Below are positions 37,873-47,312 of a DNA stretch of 64,000 nt, in pieces. The DNA lies in NCBI GenBank assembly GCA_002345925.1, contig DDWM01000047.1, positions 23,061 to 87,060 of the forward strand. The letters are read 5' to 3'. Each line of letters opens with the position of its first letter. Position 1 is the stretch's first letter. The stretch comes from Actinobacteria bacterium UBA2286. Its GTDB lineage: Bacteria > Actinomycetota > Coriobacteriia > Anaerosomatales > Anaerosomataceae. The position numbers and the translations under genes were made by a program. The notes beneath the pieces are model-generated. The model saw nothing but the letters and a program-made list of their open reading frames with translations, was not told where the DNA came from and made no database searches.

Positions 37873-38517
37873 TCACTCCGTGGGGGTGGGTGGATGAACG
37901 AGGCCGCGACGCATCGCATCGACGACCGCATGCGTGCGATCGCCTTGCCCGAGCTTCCGCAGGATATGGCTGACGTGCGTCTTCACCGTGGGCTCGGATA
38001 TCCAGAGTGCTCGTGCGATTTCGCGATTGCTCGCCCCTCGAGCCATGATCGCGAGCACGTCCATCTCTCGCTCCGAGAGCCCGGGGTCATCAGACTCGAC
38101 TCCCGGGGTGCCATGTATGACACGTCTAGCTATGGCACTGTCGAGCACCGTCTGTCCTTCAAATACGTTCCTGATCGATTCAACGAGCGCTGACGGGCTT
38201 GTGTCCTTCATAAGGTAGCCGACCGCCCCTGCGGACAGAACACCAAAGATCTCGTCGTCCTCGTCATAGCTCGTCAGGATGATCACCTTCAGCTGTGGCC
38301 AAGCGTCGAGCATGCTGCGGCACGCTTCCAGACCACCTATCCCTGGCATGTGCAGGTCAAGCAACACCACATCCGGCTCAGCTGTCTCAAGGAGCATCAA
38401 TGCATCTTCTCCGCACGCAGCCTCACCGACCACACACATGTCGTGCTCGGACTCTAGCGATGTTCGGAGCGCATAGCGAACCAGCTCATGATCATCGACT
38501 ACAACCACTCGTATCAT
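37873..38517 (-). CDS. NarL/LuxR-family response regulator
   Basis: The REC domain begins MIRVVVVDDHELV and there is a C-terminal LuxR HTH (LSEREMDVLAIMARGASNREIA). The start is at the ATG at 38517. Confidence 0.9.
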   Translation of the reverse strand: MIRVVVVDDHELVRYALRTSLESEHDMCVVGEAACGEDALMLLETAEPDVVLLDLHMPGIGGLEACRSMLDAWPQLKVIILTSYDEDDEIFGVLSAGAVGYLMKDTSPSALVESIRNVFEGQTVLDSAIARRVIHGTPGVESDDPGLSEREMDVLAIMARGASNREIARALWISEPTVKTHVSHILRKLGQGDRTHAVVDAMRRGLVHPPTPTE

Positions 38518-38530
38518 CTGGCGACCTTCC

Positions 38531-39763
38531 TCATGCGGGAATGTACGCCCTAACGGCACACCCCTGGCCGATTGCAGACACGATGCCAACCTCGCCACCT
38601 GCACGCTGTACACGTTGCTGGAGTCCCTGCAGGCCCATGCCGCTGCCCGCATCGCTCTCTGCTAGCGCGTGCTCCACATCAAAGCCGCAGCCGTCATCTT
38701 CCACGGTGAGGCTGACGCCCTCAGACAGATACTCCAGCGCAACGCGGATGTTGCTCGCGCCGGAATGCTTCACGGCGTTCGTTGTCGCCTCGCGGGCTAC
38801 ACGATAGACACAGGTCTCAAGCTCTGCACCAACATGCCTTGCTTCACCGTTCACGACAAGACTCACCTCGCGAGTCCCATCGTTTGCGATTTCGTGCAAC
38901 CAATACTCGATGGCGCCCACAAGCCCCAATTCCTGCAGCTTTGCGGGGCGAAGGTCGTAAATGTAGCGACGAATCTCCCCCTGGCTCCCCGCTAGGAGCT
39001 CCTGGATCTCGGAAATCTGACTCACAACCCGCGCTGGATCTCGCATCACCTGTCGCTTGCACACCTCGAGCGACAGCGAGATTGAGAAGAGTGACTGCGC
39101 AATACCATCGTGCATTTCGCGCGAGATCCTCTCGCGTTCGCTGGAAAGCAGCGCATAGCGAGACTCCTCGGCGAGTCGGGCATTCTCGATAGAGGCCGCA
39201 GCGAAGGCACCAAGGATCGAAAGGAATGCGGTCTGCTCGCCACGAAGCCTATGCGTCACGGAGTTGATGACACACAGAACCCCGAGCGGCCGATCCTGAA
39301 CCCTCACGGGGACGGCCATGCACCACGCGCCGACCCCTTCATCGACTTCAAAGAACGGTTGTCCGTCGGCAAACACCCGGTCGGCCGCGCCTGGAAGCCA
39401 CCCTCCCCACCACGCCTCATCGTGCTCCGCACGAGAACCGCGCACCATGATGCTCGATCCATCAAGCTGGAGTGCGTCGGCTGAGTCATCAACCAGACAC
39501 AGCACGACCTTCTCGGTGCCGGTGAAGCGCTTGGCTGCATCAACGATGATGCCGAGAACATCGTGAACCGTCCGCGCCGAAGACGTTTGAGCGGCCACCG
39601 CGTTGAGTGCATTGATGAGTGCGTTATGGCTCGCGGGTCCGTCCGGAACATACCGCGCGCGAACCTGTCCACGAAGCAGCCTCAATGGCAGCATCCGCAG
39701 GAAGTCCTTCGCTCTCGTCGCTCGAACGACCATTACGCGGGGCCCCCCTCCGCGCGTCGCCAT
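38531..39763 (-). CDS. cytoplasmic GAF-domain sensor histidine kinase (HisKA_3 type)
   Basis: It has a GAF-like N-terminal half, an H-box (RERISREMHDGIAQSL) and HATPase_c motifs. No TM helices are present. Confidence 0.85.
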   Translation of the reverse strand: MATRGGGPRVMVVRATRAKDFLRMLPLRLLRGQVRARYVPDGPASHNALINALNAVAAQTSSARTVHDVLGIIVDAAKRFTGTEKVVLCLVDDSADALQLDGSSIMVRGSRAEHDEAWWGGWLPGAADRVFADGQPFFEVDEGVGAWCMAVPVRVQDRPLGVLCVINSVTHRLRGEQTAFLSILGAFAAASIENARLAEESRYALLSSERERISREMHDGIAQSLFSISLSLEVCKRQVMRDPARVVSQISEIQELLAGSQGEIRRYIYDLRPAKLQELGLVGAIEYWLHEIANDGTREVSLVVNGEARHVGAELETCVYRVAREATTNAVKHSGASNIRVALEYLSEGVSLTVEDDGCGFDVEHALAESDAGSGMGLQGLQQRVQRAGGEVGIVSAIGQGCAVRAYIPA

Positions 39764-39899
39764 GCCACACTAGTATGCCCCGATAAGCCGATTCACACCA
39801 ACTCAAGCGCGACGTATTCATGCCAAACCTAAGGAGCCGCCCATATCGAACGGCACTTCGCTGGGCAGGCTGAGGACATCTTCGGAGAGCCGACAACGC

Positions 39900-40808
39900 C
39901 TACGTCATCCGGTCGGCGACTGCCGCGACGATGCCTCGGGCGGCGGTCAGTCCCGGGGCGGCTTCCACTAGCAGCACCCCGGCGCTCTCGCCGGTGGCTA
40001 GGCGCTGCAGCACCGAAGCAAGCGTTGGGTCGAACGGAATCTCGCCGAGAAGCTCAAGGCCCTCTGCGGCAACGCGCGCCCGGATCCGCTCGGCACCACG
40101 CTCTGAGAGGTCTGCCTTGTTGAGCACCACCGCGACCTTCACGTTCAGGCGACGCGCAAGCGCCACGAGTCGCAGTAAGTCGGATTCACCTGAAAGCGTG
40201 GGCTCGGTGACGGCGACCAGCAGGTCGGTGTTAGTGATGGACGCGATAACCGGACAGCCAACGCCGGGAGGTCCGTCTATCAAGAGGAGCTCCGCATCGC
40301 TTTCCTCGGCCATGGTCTTGGCACGGGAACGGACCTCCGTGACGAGCTTGCCCGAGAGATCCTCCCCTGGGCCAAGCTGACCGAAGGAGACCGGCCCGAC
40401 CGCAGATGTGCCAGCGAACACCTCGCCGGCGCTTTTCTTCTGCATCGAGATCGCGTGGTATCCGCAGCTCGGCACACATGCGCCACACCCCTCGCATAGC
40501 CAGGGATCCACACGGTACGCGGGCGACTCCTCGTCCCGCTTCGGGCGCACGAGCGCGTCGAAGCGGCATGCGCGCAGACACACCCCACACCCGCGACACG
40601 CGATGGGATCTATGAACGCCTCGGCCCCGCCGGAGAAGCTCTCGGATGCAGTCGTGGTGACCGAAAGTGCGATAGGCAGATTCGACGCCTCTACGTCGCA
40701 GTCGGCGAGCACCAGACGATGGTTCTCCGCGAGCATCACCGCAGCGAGCGCGGTGAGGGTCGTCTTGCCTGTACCGCCCTTGCCGGAGGCGAACACTATG
40801 CTCTTCAC
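39900..40808 (-). CDS. MinD-superfamily P-loop ATPase with an inserted 2x[4Fe-4S] ferredoxin domain (COG1149-like)
   Basis: Walker A is ASGKGGTGKT. The Cys clusters are CRGCGVCLRAC and CEGCGACVPSC. GTG at 40808 overlaps the upstream stop (GTGA). Confidence 0.8.
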   Translation of the reverse strand: MKSIVFASGKGGTGKTTLTALAAVMLAENHRLVLADCDVEASNLPIALSVTTTASESFSGGAEAFIDPIACRGCGVCLRACRFDALVRPKRDEESPAYRVDPWLCEGCGACVPSCGYHAISMQKKSAGEVFAGTSAVGPVSFGQLGPGEDLSGKLVTEVRSRAKTMAEESDAELLLIDGPPGVGCPVIASITNTDLLVAVTEPTLSGESDLLRLVALARRLNVKVAVVLNKADLSERGAERIRARVAAEGLELLGEIPFDPTLASVLQRLATGESAGVLLVEAAPGLTAARGIVAAVADRMT

Positions 40809-41719
40809 TCTGCCTCCACGGTCAATTGAGCGATACCGTCCCAGATGGCGTCGAACCACCCGGCAGCATCGGGATGCGAATCGAGCACCAGCCCGCCGTC
40901 GGCGTAGGCCTCGGCAATCGAGCGGTCGAACGGGATGCGCGCGAGAACAGAAACGCCTGCATCTAGCAGGTACGCGTCCAGGTCTGCACTACCCGCACCG
41001 TCGCGGTTGATGACAACGCCCATTGGGATTCCCAGATCTCTGCCGAGACGAACCGCCAGGTCCAGGTCGTGAAGGCCGAACGGAGTCGGCTCTGTGACGA
41101 GCACTAGCATATCGACTCCGTGCGTCGCTGCGACAGCCGAACAGGCAACACCGGGAGACGCATCGAGAATGGTGATGTTTCGGGAGAACACGTCGGCCTG
41201 ACGCCTTGCGGCTCTGATGACGTTGGTCGCCTTGACGTCGCCGATCTCCAACCGCCCCGTAACCATCTTGATGCCCCCCGGGTCGGCGACGCCAACGGGG
41301 ACCGCACCCCATTCGACGTCGCCGACCCGCTGAGGAACCTCGGTTATCGCTGCGGTCGGACATACAGTCGTGCACAAGCCGCAGCCGTGACACAGTTCGG
41401 CGAACACAACAACGGTGTCGCCGAGCAGTCGAATCGCTCCGTACGCGCACGCGTCGCGGCATTTCCCGCACGAGGTGCATGCAGCCTGATCGACGGTTGC
41501 GAGCGGGAAGGTCACCTCTCGGCTGTCGAGGGTCTCAGGCGCGAGGAATAGCGCGTCGTTCGGCGCCTCCACATCGCAATCAACAAGCACTGTCGGGACA
41601 CCTGCCCTTGCGGTCGCAACCGCAAGGTTGGTGGCGACCAGCGTCTTGCCGGTGCCGCCTTTTCCCGATGCTATGGCGATCGTCAGTCGACGTCCCGGCA
41701 ACATGCCGTGCTCGACCAT
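40805..41719 (-). CDS. MinD-superfamily P-loop ATPase with an inserted 2x[4Fe-4S] ferredoxin domain (COG1149-like), paralogue
   Basis: Walker A is ASGKGGTGKT. The Cys clusters are CTSCGKCRDAC and CHGCGLCTTVCP. Confidence 0.8.
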   Translation of the reverse strand: MVEHGMLPGRRLTIAIASGKGGTGKTLVATNLAVATARAGVPTVLVDCDVEAPNDALFLAPETLDSREVTFPLATVDQAACTSCGKCRDACAYGAIRLLGDTVVVFAELCHGCGLCTTVCPTAAITEVPQRVGDVEWGAVPVGVADPGGIKMVTGRLEIGDVKATNVIRAARRQADVFSRNITILDASPGVACSAVAATHGVDMLVLVTEPTPFGLHDLDLAVRLGRDLGIPMGVVINRDGAGSADLDAYLLDAGVSVLARIPFDRSIAEAYADGGLVLDSHPDAAGWFDAIWDGIAQLTVEAE

Positions 41720-41722
41720 CGG

Positions 41723-42106
41723 CTAGTGCCCGCCGCAGACGTCGCCCGGCTCGATGATGGCGACTTCGCCGGCGATGAGTGCCGCGACCGCGTCGCTCAC
41801 CATGGGACGCTCGTTGTCGAAGTAGACCGTGATACCGACGTCATTGAAGCCAGCAAGCGGACGACCGCCGATTCCGGCTACTACCAGCGCGGTCACGCCT
41901 TCGCCGGCAAGCAGCTGAACCGGCTGCAGGCATCCACCCTCGACGTGCGGCGGATTAGCCACGATACGAACTCCGGCGACAGCACCATCGGCGATATCGA
42001 TCACCGTGAAGCAGTCACAGTGCCCGAAGTGCCCGGAGCGCTCGACATCCATACCGCCCTCGCCGTTGGAGGGCACTGCCAGCACGATCTTCCCATTCTC
42101 GGCCAT
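41723..42106 (-). CDS. NifX/NifB-C-terminal-like (dinitrogenase FeMo-cofactor-binding fold) small protein
   Basis: 127 aa. SGHFGHCDCFTVIDI ... ALVVAGIGGRPLAGF is typical of COG1433-type proteins. Confidence 0.75.
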   Translation of the reverse strand: MAENGKIVLAVPSNGEGGMDVERSGHFGHCDCFTVIDIADGAVAGVRIVANPPHVEGGCLQPVQLLAGEGVTALVVAGIGGRPLAGFNDVGITVYFDNERPMVSDAVAALIAGEVAIIEPGDVCGGH

Positions 42107-42130
42107 GTGAATTCCTTTCTCGTGCCAGCC

Positions 42131-42490
42131 TTAGCCGGCGTGGGCTTCGCCCGCTTCTGTGAGTTCTTCAAGCGATCCTGCGGCGAACGCCGCGATCGCG
42201 TCACGCACCGTCATTCCTGCACCGTTGTAACCACGGACCCCGGCAACCCCCAGAGCGGCAAAAGCCTTAGGGCCGAGATGACCCGTGATGACCGTCTTGG
42301 CCCCGTGGTCGGAAACGATCTCCGCCGAGGCGATACCCGCACCCTGCAGTGCGTTGCGGTTAGTAGCGTTCTCGATTGACTCAAGCGAGTCGTTTTCGGT
42401 ATCGGCAACGATGAAGTACATCGCGCGGCCGAAGCGTTCGTCGACGCGATCGTCCAATCCCGGTCCGAATGCAGAGACGACTACCTTCAT
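42131..42490 (-). CDS. NifX/NifB-C-terminal-like small protein, paralogue
   Basis: ERFGRAMYFIVADTEN ... TVITGHLGPKAFAAL motifs are present. The ATG at 42490 overlaps the upstream stop (ATGA). Confidence 0.75.
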   Translation of the reverse strand: MKVVVSAFGPGLDDRVDERFGRAMYFIVADTENDSLESIENATNRNALQGAGIASAEIVSDHGAKTVITGHLGPKAFAALGVAGVRGYNGAGMTVRDAIAAFAAGSLEELTEAGEAHAG

Positions 42491-42696
42491 CGCGTCCACC
42501 GCCGACCAAGACCCTGACCCATACCCGCGCCGCGCCCCACACCGCGCCCCAGACCGCGTCCACGACCGAGACCGAGGCCGCGACCGAAGCCGAAACCGGT
42601 GCGATTCTCATCCGTCGCGATAGCCATGCACGCCCCGCGGCCACCACCTGTAAGCGGACCCTTGCCTTCCGGACCCGTAGCATTACGTCCTGGCAT
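42487..42696 (-). CDS. DUF5320-like Gly/Arg-rich small protein
   Basis: 69 aa: MPGRNATGPEGKGPLTGGGRGAC... followed by GFGFGRGLGLGRGRGLGRGVGRGAG. AAGGAGG lies 7 nt upstream of the ATG at 42696. Confidence 0.65.
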   Translation of the reverse strand: MPGRNATGPEGKGPLTGGGRGACMAIATDENRTGFGFGRGLGLGRGRGLGRGVGRGAGMGQGLGRRWTR

Positions 42697-43135
42697 CGTT
42701 CGTACCTCCTTCTGTCTCTGCGCTCTCCCCACCAGGGAAGACGGCTTTAACCTCATCGATGAGGACTTCGAGCACCCTGCGGCGCTCCTCCAGGTGAGCC
42801 AGCCAATGGCCAAGCAACACCCGTCCCTCATCGGTCAGCTTGTAGGCACGACGCTGTGGACCCGAGTCTCCGTCTTCCCACGTTGAGATGACGGTTCCCG
42901 CAGCCTCGAAACGCCGGAGCATCCGGTACAGACCGCCGGGATCAGGCGTAAGCTCCCCGTCAGTCATCTCCTCGATGATGCGGACGAGGTCGTAGCCGTG
43001 GGCCTCAGAGCGCGCAAGTGCCGCCAGAATCGTCGGCTCCAGCAAGCTACCCCGTCCAACACCGACACCCCGACCACGACCGCCGCCTTCGCAGCAGCGT
43101 CGTCGTACAGGCTCAGGGTGTGATAGGTCTTCCAT
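42683..43135 (-). CDS. PadR-family transcriptional regulator with a Cys/Gly/Arg-rich N-terminal extension
   Basis: PadR wHTH: ILAALARSEAHGYDLVRIIEEMTDGELTPDPGGLYRMLRRFEAAGTV. The start is at the ATG at 43135 with an AAGGAG SD. Confidence 0.85.
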   Translation of the reverse strand: MEDLSHPEPVRRRCCEGGGRGRGVGVGRGSLLEPTILAALARSEAHGYDLVRIIEEMTDGELTPDPGGLYRMLRRFEAAGTVISTWEDGDSGPQRRAYKLTDEGRVLLGHWLAHLEERRRVLEVLIDEVKAVFPGGESAETEGGTNDART

Positions 43136-43155
43136 AGTGACTCCTTGTGCGTTGC

Positions 43156-43181
43156 TGACATCTATATGTATATGACATCTA
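43156..43181 (-). promoter_or_regulatory. AT-rich repeat element (TGACATCTA-N8-TGACATCTA) in the PadR operon promoter, candidate PadR operator
   Basis: It lies 21-46 nt upstream of the PadR ATG. It contains alternating ATGT/ACAT half-sites like those reported for PadR-family operators, and overlaps plausible -10 hexamers. Confidence 0.4.
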
Positions 43182-43211
43182 GGTGTGCAAAGCAAGCTCT
43201 ACCAACATGGA

Positions 43212-43246
43212 GGCACAAGAAAGGGCGCCGCTTTCGCGACGCCCTT
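43212..43246 (-). terminator. intrinsic terminator after ftsH
   Basis: The minus-strand RNA is AAGGGCGUCGC-GAAA-GCGGCGCCCUU (11 bp, GNRA loop) followed by UUUCUUGUG. It lies 24 nt after the ftsH stop. Confidence 0.65.
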
Positions 43247-43269
43247 GCAGGATTCTATTAGCTTACGCG

Positions 43270-45252
43270 CTACGCCGTTGTGACTCCGCTAGGACCCGAC
43301 GCCGGCGGCACATCAAGCAGCGGACGCGAGTCCTCTGGCTCCTTGGGCGACTCCTCGACAGCTGCCGCGTCGTCATCCTTAGGGGGCTCTGCGGCCTGCT
43401 GCGCCGCCTCCTTCACCAAGAACTCCGCCCAGGTGCCATTGAGCAGCGCCTCAAGCTCTTCCTTGTCGACCGTCTCGCGCTCAACAAGCACGTCGGCCAT
43501 AAGATCGAGCTGCTCGCGACGCGCGGTCAAGATCTTGAACGCCTTGTCAAAGCCCTCGTCGATCATGCGCCGGACTTCCTTGTCGATCTCAAACGCGATC
43601 TCCTGGCTGTAGTTAGGAGTATTGGAGAAGTCCCTGCCGAGGAACACCTCGTGCTCCTGCTCGCCGAGCGTCATCGGTCCGAGCTTCTCGCTCATGCCGT
43701 ATCGTGTGATCATCTGACGGGCGAGCTTGGTCGCGCGCTCGATGTCGTTGCTGGCACCGGTCGTGATGTCGCCGATGGCGATCTCCTCGGCGACTCTTCC
43801 GCCCAGGAGCATCGCGATTTCATCAAGCATCTCACCGCGCGCATTCAGGAACTTGTCTTCCATCGGCAGCGCGAGCGTGTAGCCAAGCGCCTTCCCGCGG
43901 GAGATCACGCTGATCTTGTGAATCGGATCGGTATCGGGGAGCACGTGACCGACAAGCGCGTGTCCGGCCTCGTGGTAAGCGATGATCCGCTTCTCTTTTT
44001 CCGAGATGAGCCTGCTCTTCTTCTCGGGACCAGCGATAACGCGCTCGATCGACTCCTCGAGCTCGATCATCTCGACTTGCTTCTTGCCATGACGTGCTGC
44101 AAGCAGTGCGGCCTCGTTCACCATGTTGGCCAGGTCTGCGCCGGTGAAGCCCGGTGTGCGACGTGCGATGACCTCGAGGTCGACCGCATCTGACACCGGC
44201 TTGCCACGCGAATGTATCTTGAGGATTTCGTGGCGTCCCTTGCGGTCAGGGCGATCAACGGTGACCTGGCGATCAAAGCGACCAGGGCGCAGTAGCGCCG
44301 AGTCGAGCACGTCGGGGCGGTTGGTCGCAGCCATGACGATGACGTTGTCCTTGAGGTCAAAACCGTCCATCTCAACCAGAAGCTGGTTGAGCGTCTGCTC
44401 CCGCTCGTCGTGCCCGCCGCCGAGACCCGCACCACGCATGCGACCGACAGCGTCGAGCTCATCGATGAAGACGATGCAGGGGCTTGCAGCCTTTGCCTGC
44501 TCGAAGAGGTCGCGGACACGGCTGGCACCGACACCGACGAACATCTCGACGAAGTCGGAACCCGCGATTGTGAAGAACGGTACGCCGGCTTCGCCCGCGA
44601 CAGCGCGCGCAAGCAGCGTCTTGCCGGTTCCGGGAGGGCCCACGAGCAAGACACCCTTCGGGATCTTCGCGCCAAGCGCCTGGAACTTGCCGGGATTCGC
44701 CAGGAATTCCTTGATCTCCTGCAGCTCCTCGACAGCCTCTTCAACGCCTGCAACATCCTTGAAGGTGATTCTCGGCTGGTCGCGCGTGAGGCGCTTTGCC
44801 CGCGACTTGCCGAACTGCATCACCTTGGAGTTGCCGCCCTGCATCTGATTGATGAAGAAGAACATCACACCGACGATAAGGACGATCGGCACGATCTGGA
44901 TGAGCAGCGTCAGCCACCAGCTGGTGTCTTGGTTGTTCACCGTCGTGCCCTCAAGCGGTGGATTCTCGGCAATGAGGGTCGCGAACGAATCCTCGCCGAG
45001 GTACGTCGTCGTGTAGTCTAGCTCTTCTTTCTTGGCCTTGGCAGCGGAGTCTGCGTAGTAAGACCCGATTACCGCCTGCGTCTTGCGCTGCACGTCGGCA
45101 GTGATTACGCGTTCGGACTTGAGCGCGGTCACGAACTCGCTGTATGAGAGCTGCGAGACTTTGGCACTCGAGTCGAAGTTGTTGGCCACAAAGAGCAGCG
45201 CCACTACTATGAGCAGTAGATACAGCAGCGCGGTTCTCAAGTTCTTGTTCAC
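43270..45252 (-). CDS. ftsH: ATP-dependent zinc metalloprotease FtsH
   Basis: 660 aa with two TM helices, an AAA module ([11 protein letters not shown]) and the HEAGH zinc motif. Confidence 0.97.
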   Translation of the reverse strand: MNKNLRTALLYLLLIVVALLFVANNFDSSAKVSQLSYSEFVTALKSERVITADVQRKTQAVIGSYYADSAAKAKKEELDYTTTYLGEDSFATLIAENPPLEGTTVNNQDTSWWLTLLIQIVPIVLIVGVMFFFINQMQGGNSKVMQFGKSRAKRLTRDQPRITFKDVAGVEEAVEELQEIKEFLANPGKFQALGAKIPKGVLLVGPPGTGKTLLARAVAGEAGVPFFTIAGSDFVEMFVGVGASRVRDLFEQAKAASPCIVFIDELDAVGRMRGAGLGGGHDEREQTLNQLLVEMDGFDLKDNVIVMAATNRPDVLDSALLRPGRFDRQVTVDRPDRKGRHEILKIHSRGKPVSDAVDLEVIARRTPGFTGADLANMVNEAALLAARHGKKQVEMIELEESIERVIAGPEKKSRLISEKEKRIIAYHEAGHALVGHVLPDTDPIHKISVISRGKALGYTLALPMEDKFLNARGEMLDEIAMLLGGRVAEEIAIGDITTGASNDIERATKLARQMITRYGMSEKLGPMTLGEQEHEVFLGRDFSNTPNYSQEIAFEIDKEVRRMIDEGFDKAFKILTARREQLDLMADVLVERETVDKEELEALLNGTWAEFLVKEAAQQAAEPPKDDDAAAVEESPKEPEDSRPLLDVPPASGPSGVTTA

Positions 45253-45276
45253 AAATCACACCCCTTGTCAGGCGGT

Positions 45277-45816
45277 CTAGTTGGAGTAGACCTCCGGTTT
45301 GAGCACCCCGATGTACGGGAGGTTGCGGTACAACTCGGCATAATCAAGGCCGTATCCCACGACGAACTCATCGGGAATCTCAAATCCTGTGTACTTGCAA
45401 TCAATCGGCACCCGTTGCTTACCCGGTTTGCAGAGCAGCGTCACGACTTCCAGGCTCCGCGGCTTGCGCGAGGCAAGGTTGCGGAGCAGATACTTGAGCG
45501 TGAGTCCGGTGTCGAGGATATCCTCAACGACCAGAACATCGCGTCCCTCGATGACCTCGTCGAGATCCTTGATGATTCGAACGACACCAGATGACTTCGT
45601 GGAGCTGCCGTACGACGATACAGCCATGAAGTCGATCTCCACGGGACCGTCGATCGCGCGAGAGAGATCGGCGACAAAGAGCGAAGCGCCCCGCAATACT
45701 GCAACGAGCAAGAGCGTGCGACCCTCATAATCGGCCGCAATCTGAGCACCCAGCTCGCGAACGCGCTGCTGGATCTGTTCTTCGGTGTAAACGACTTGCT
45801 TGACGTCCGGGTGCAT
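45277..45816 (-). CDS. hpt: hypoxanthine phosphoribosyltransferase
   Basis: The PRPP-binding motif is [14 protein letters not shown]. The start is at the ATG at 45816. Confidence 0.9.
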   Translation of the reverse strand: MHPDVKQVVYTEEQIQQRVRELGAQIAADYEGRTLLLVAVLRGASLFVADLSRAIDGPVEIDFMAVSSYGSSTKSSGVVRIIKDLDEVIEGRDVLVVEDILDTGLTLKYLLRNLASRKPRSLEVVTLLCKPGKQRVPIDCKYTGFEIPDEFVVGYGLDYAELYRNLPYIGVLKPEVYSN

Positions 45817-45865
45817 ATTCCGACGCGTCCTTTCAGTCCCCCGCCCGACCATCTCATCCGGTCGG

Positions 45866-47272
45866 TCAGCTGCCAACTTCCGGTCTGTACCACGAGAGCG
45901 TCAGAACGCGGCGCGTCTCGGCAGTCACCTTGCATCGCTCATCCAGCCGAACGCCCGCGACCCATACGATACCTGCTCCGTCACGAACGACGGGGGTGCC
46001 GGCGCGAAGCCGTTTCGGAACCTTCACATCTGTGAGCAGATCTTGCAGCTTTTTCGTGCCGCTCATACCGAGCGGCGTCATCCTGTCGCCGTCTCTCGGC
46101 CCATCGACCGTGAGCACACCGCTGAGCGTGTCCGCGTCTATGAACGCCGAGAACGGGTCATCGGTCAGGTCTCCGGGTGCAGCAAGCGCGGCCTCGATCG
46201 AGCCAACCACGCCGAGGTCGCACCTACCAGGCCATTCGAGCAAACAGGGTGCCACCGACGGGGAAACGTCGTCCCGCCGGAAAACATATAGTCTACCGTA
46301 CTCGTCGGTCGCACGCAGACCGAATGGCAGGTCGTGTGCGAATCCTTCGACAGACAGACCCTCCATCAGCGCTTCGATGTGCGCCGCTTCAAGACGCGAG
46401 GCATCCGGGAACGCGCGCAACAACGCCTCGCGGATGGTGCGGCGCGCCATAGGACGCGAGAGAGTGCGCATCTGCGGGGACTCAAAGACGAGTCGGCCGT
46501 CCTCGATGCTCGCGAAGTCCCGCGAGAATGCCGAGGCCATCTCCGAGAGAAGCGAGTCCTCCTCAGTGATGATGCGGACGTTGCGCGCAAGAGTCTCGGC
46601 AAACGCGGGGTTGCGGGTCTGCGCCAGCGGCAGCAAGTCGTGCCGCACCCACGAGCGCAACCGGGAGGTGTCGGCGTTGGTGGCATCTTCGCGCCACGAC
46701 TGTCCGAGGTCCTCGAGGTAGCTCACGATCTCCTCGCGACGCGCGCCGATAAGCGGGCGCACTACCCGGCCGCGAACCGGCGCGATGGCCCGAAGGCCGC
46801 CTGGGCCTGCTCCGGTGACGAGCCGCATGAGGAACGTCTCGGCCTGGTCGTCGAGTGTGTGCGCGACAGCGATGCGGCCACGAAGCGGCGAGAACCCGAG
46901 CGCCTCACAGCGCGAATCGACCTCGCTGTCCGCGAAGCGATAGCGGATGCGGCGGCCAGCATCTTCCAGGTTGAGGCCCTCGGCCTCGGCATACGCACCG
47001 ACATCGAAGCGAACGACGGTGCAAGGTACGTCGAGCGACTCGCATAGCGCCTCGACCGAGGCGGCGTCGCCGTCGGATGCATCGCCGCGCAGCATGTGGT
47101 TCACGTGCAGCACTGAGAGGCCCGCGAACTGGCCGACATCCCCCGAGGCAAGCAGCCGCAACATAGCGACGCTGTCGGCGCCGCCTGAAACGAGCGCAAG
47201 CACAACTGAGCCTGCGGGCAGCATCTCGTGCTCGGCGATGGCGACGCGGGCGGTTTGGGTTAGCGGGTTCAT
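45866..47272 (-). CDS. tilS: tRNA(Ile)-lysidine synthase
   Basis: The PP-loop is [10 protein letters not shown]. The start is at the ATG at 47272 (MNPLTQTA). Confidence 0.9.
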   Translation of the reverse strand: MNPLTQTARVAIAEHEMLPAGSVVLALVSGGADSVAMLRLLASGDVGQFAGLSVLHVNHMLRGDASDGDAASVEALCESLDVPCTVVRFDVGAYAEAEGLNLEDAGRRIRYRFADSEVDSRCEALGFSPLRGRIAVAHTLDDQAETFLMRLVTGAGPGGLRAIAPVRGRVVRPLIGARREEIVSYLEDLGQSWREDATNADTSRLRSWVRHDLLPLAQTRNPAFAETLARNVRIITEEDSLLSEMASAFSRDFASIEDGRLVFESPQMRTLSRPMARRTIREALLRAFPDASRLEAAHIEALMEGLSVEGFAHDLPFGLRATDEYGRLYVFRRDDVSPSVAPCLLEWPGRCDLGVVGSIEAALAAPGDLTDDPFSAFIDADTLSGVLTVDGPRDGDRMTPLGMSGTKKLQDLLTDVKVPKRLRAGTPVVRDGAGIVWVAGVRLDERCKVTAETRRVLTLSWYRPEVGS

Positions 47273-47312
47273 GCTCACAGGGTACGGGGTACGCGGGCCG
47301 CGCGCCACCCGC

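Noticed and set aside
43183-44848. Plus-strand ORFs (336 and 241 aa) opposite ftsH, with similar ones opposite the opuC, liv and tilS genes (e.g. 50243..51367, 61519..62448, 45930..46721)
   Set aside because: These are shadow ORFs antisense to highly conserved genes, with no independent support.
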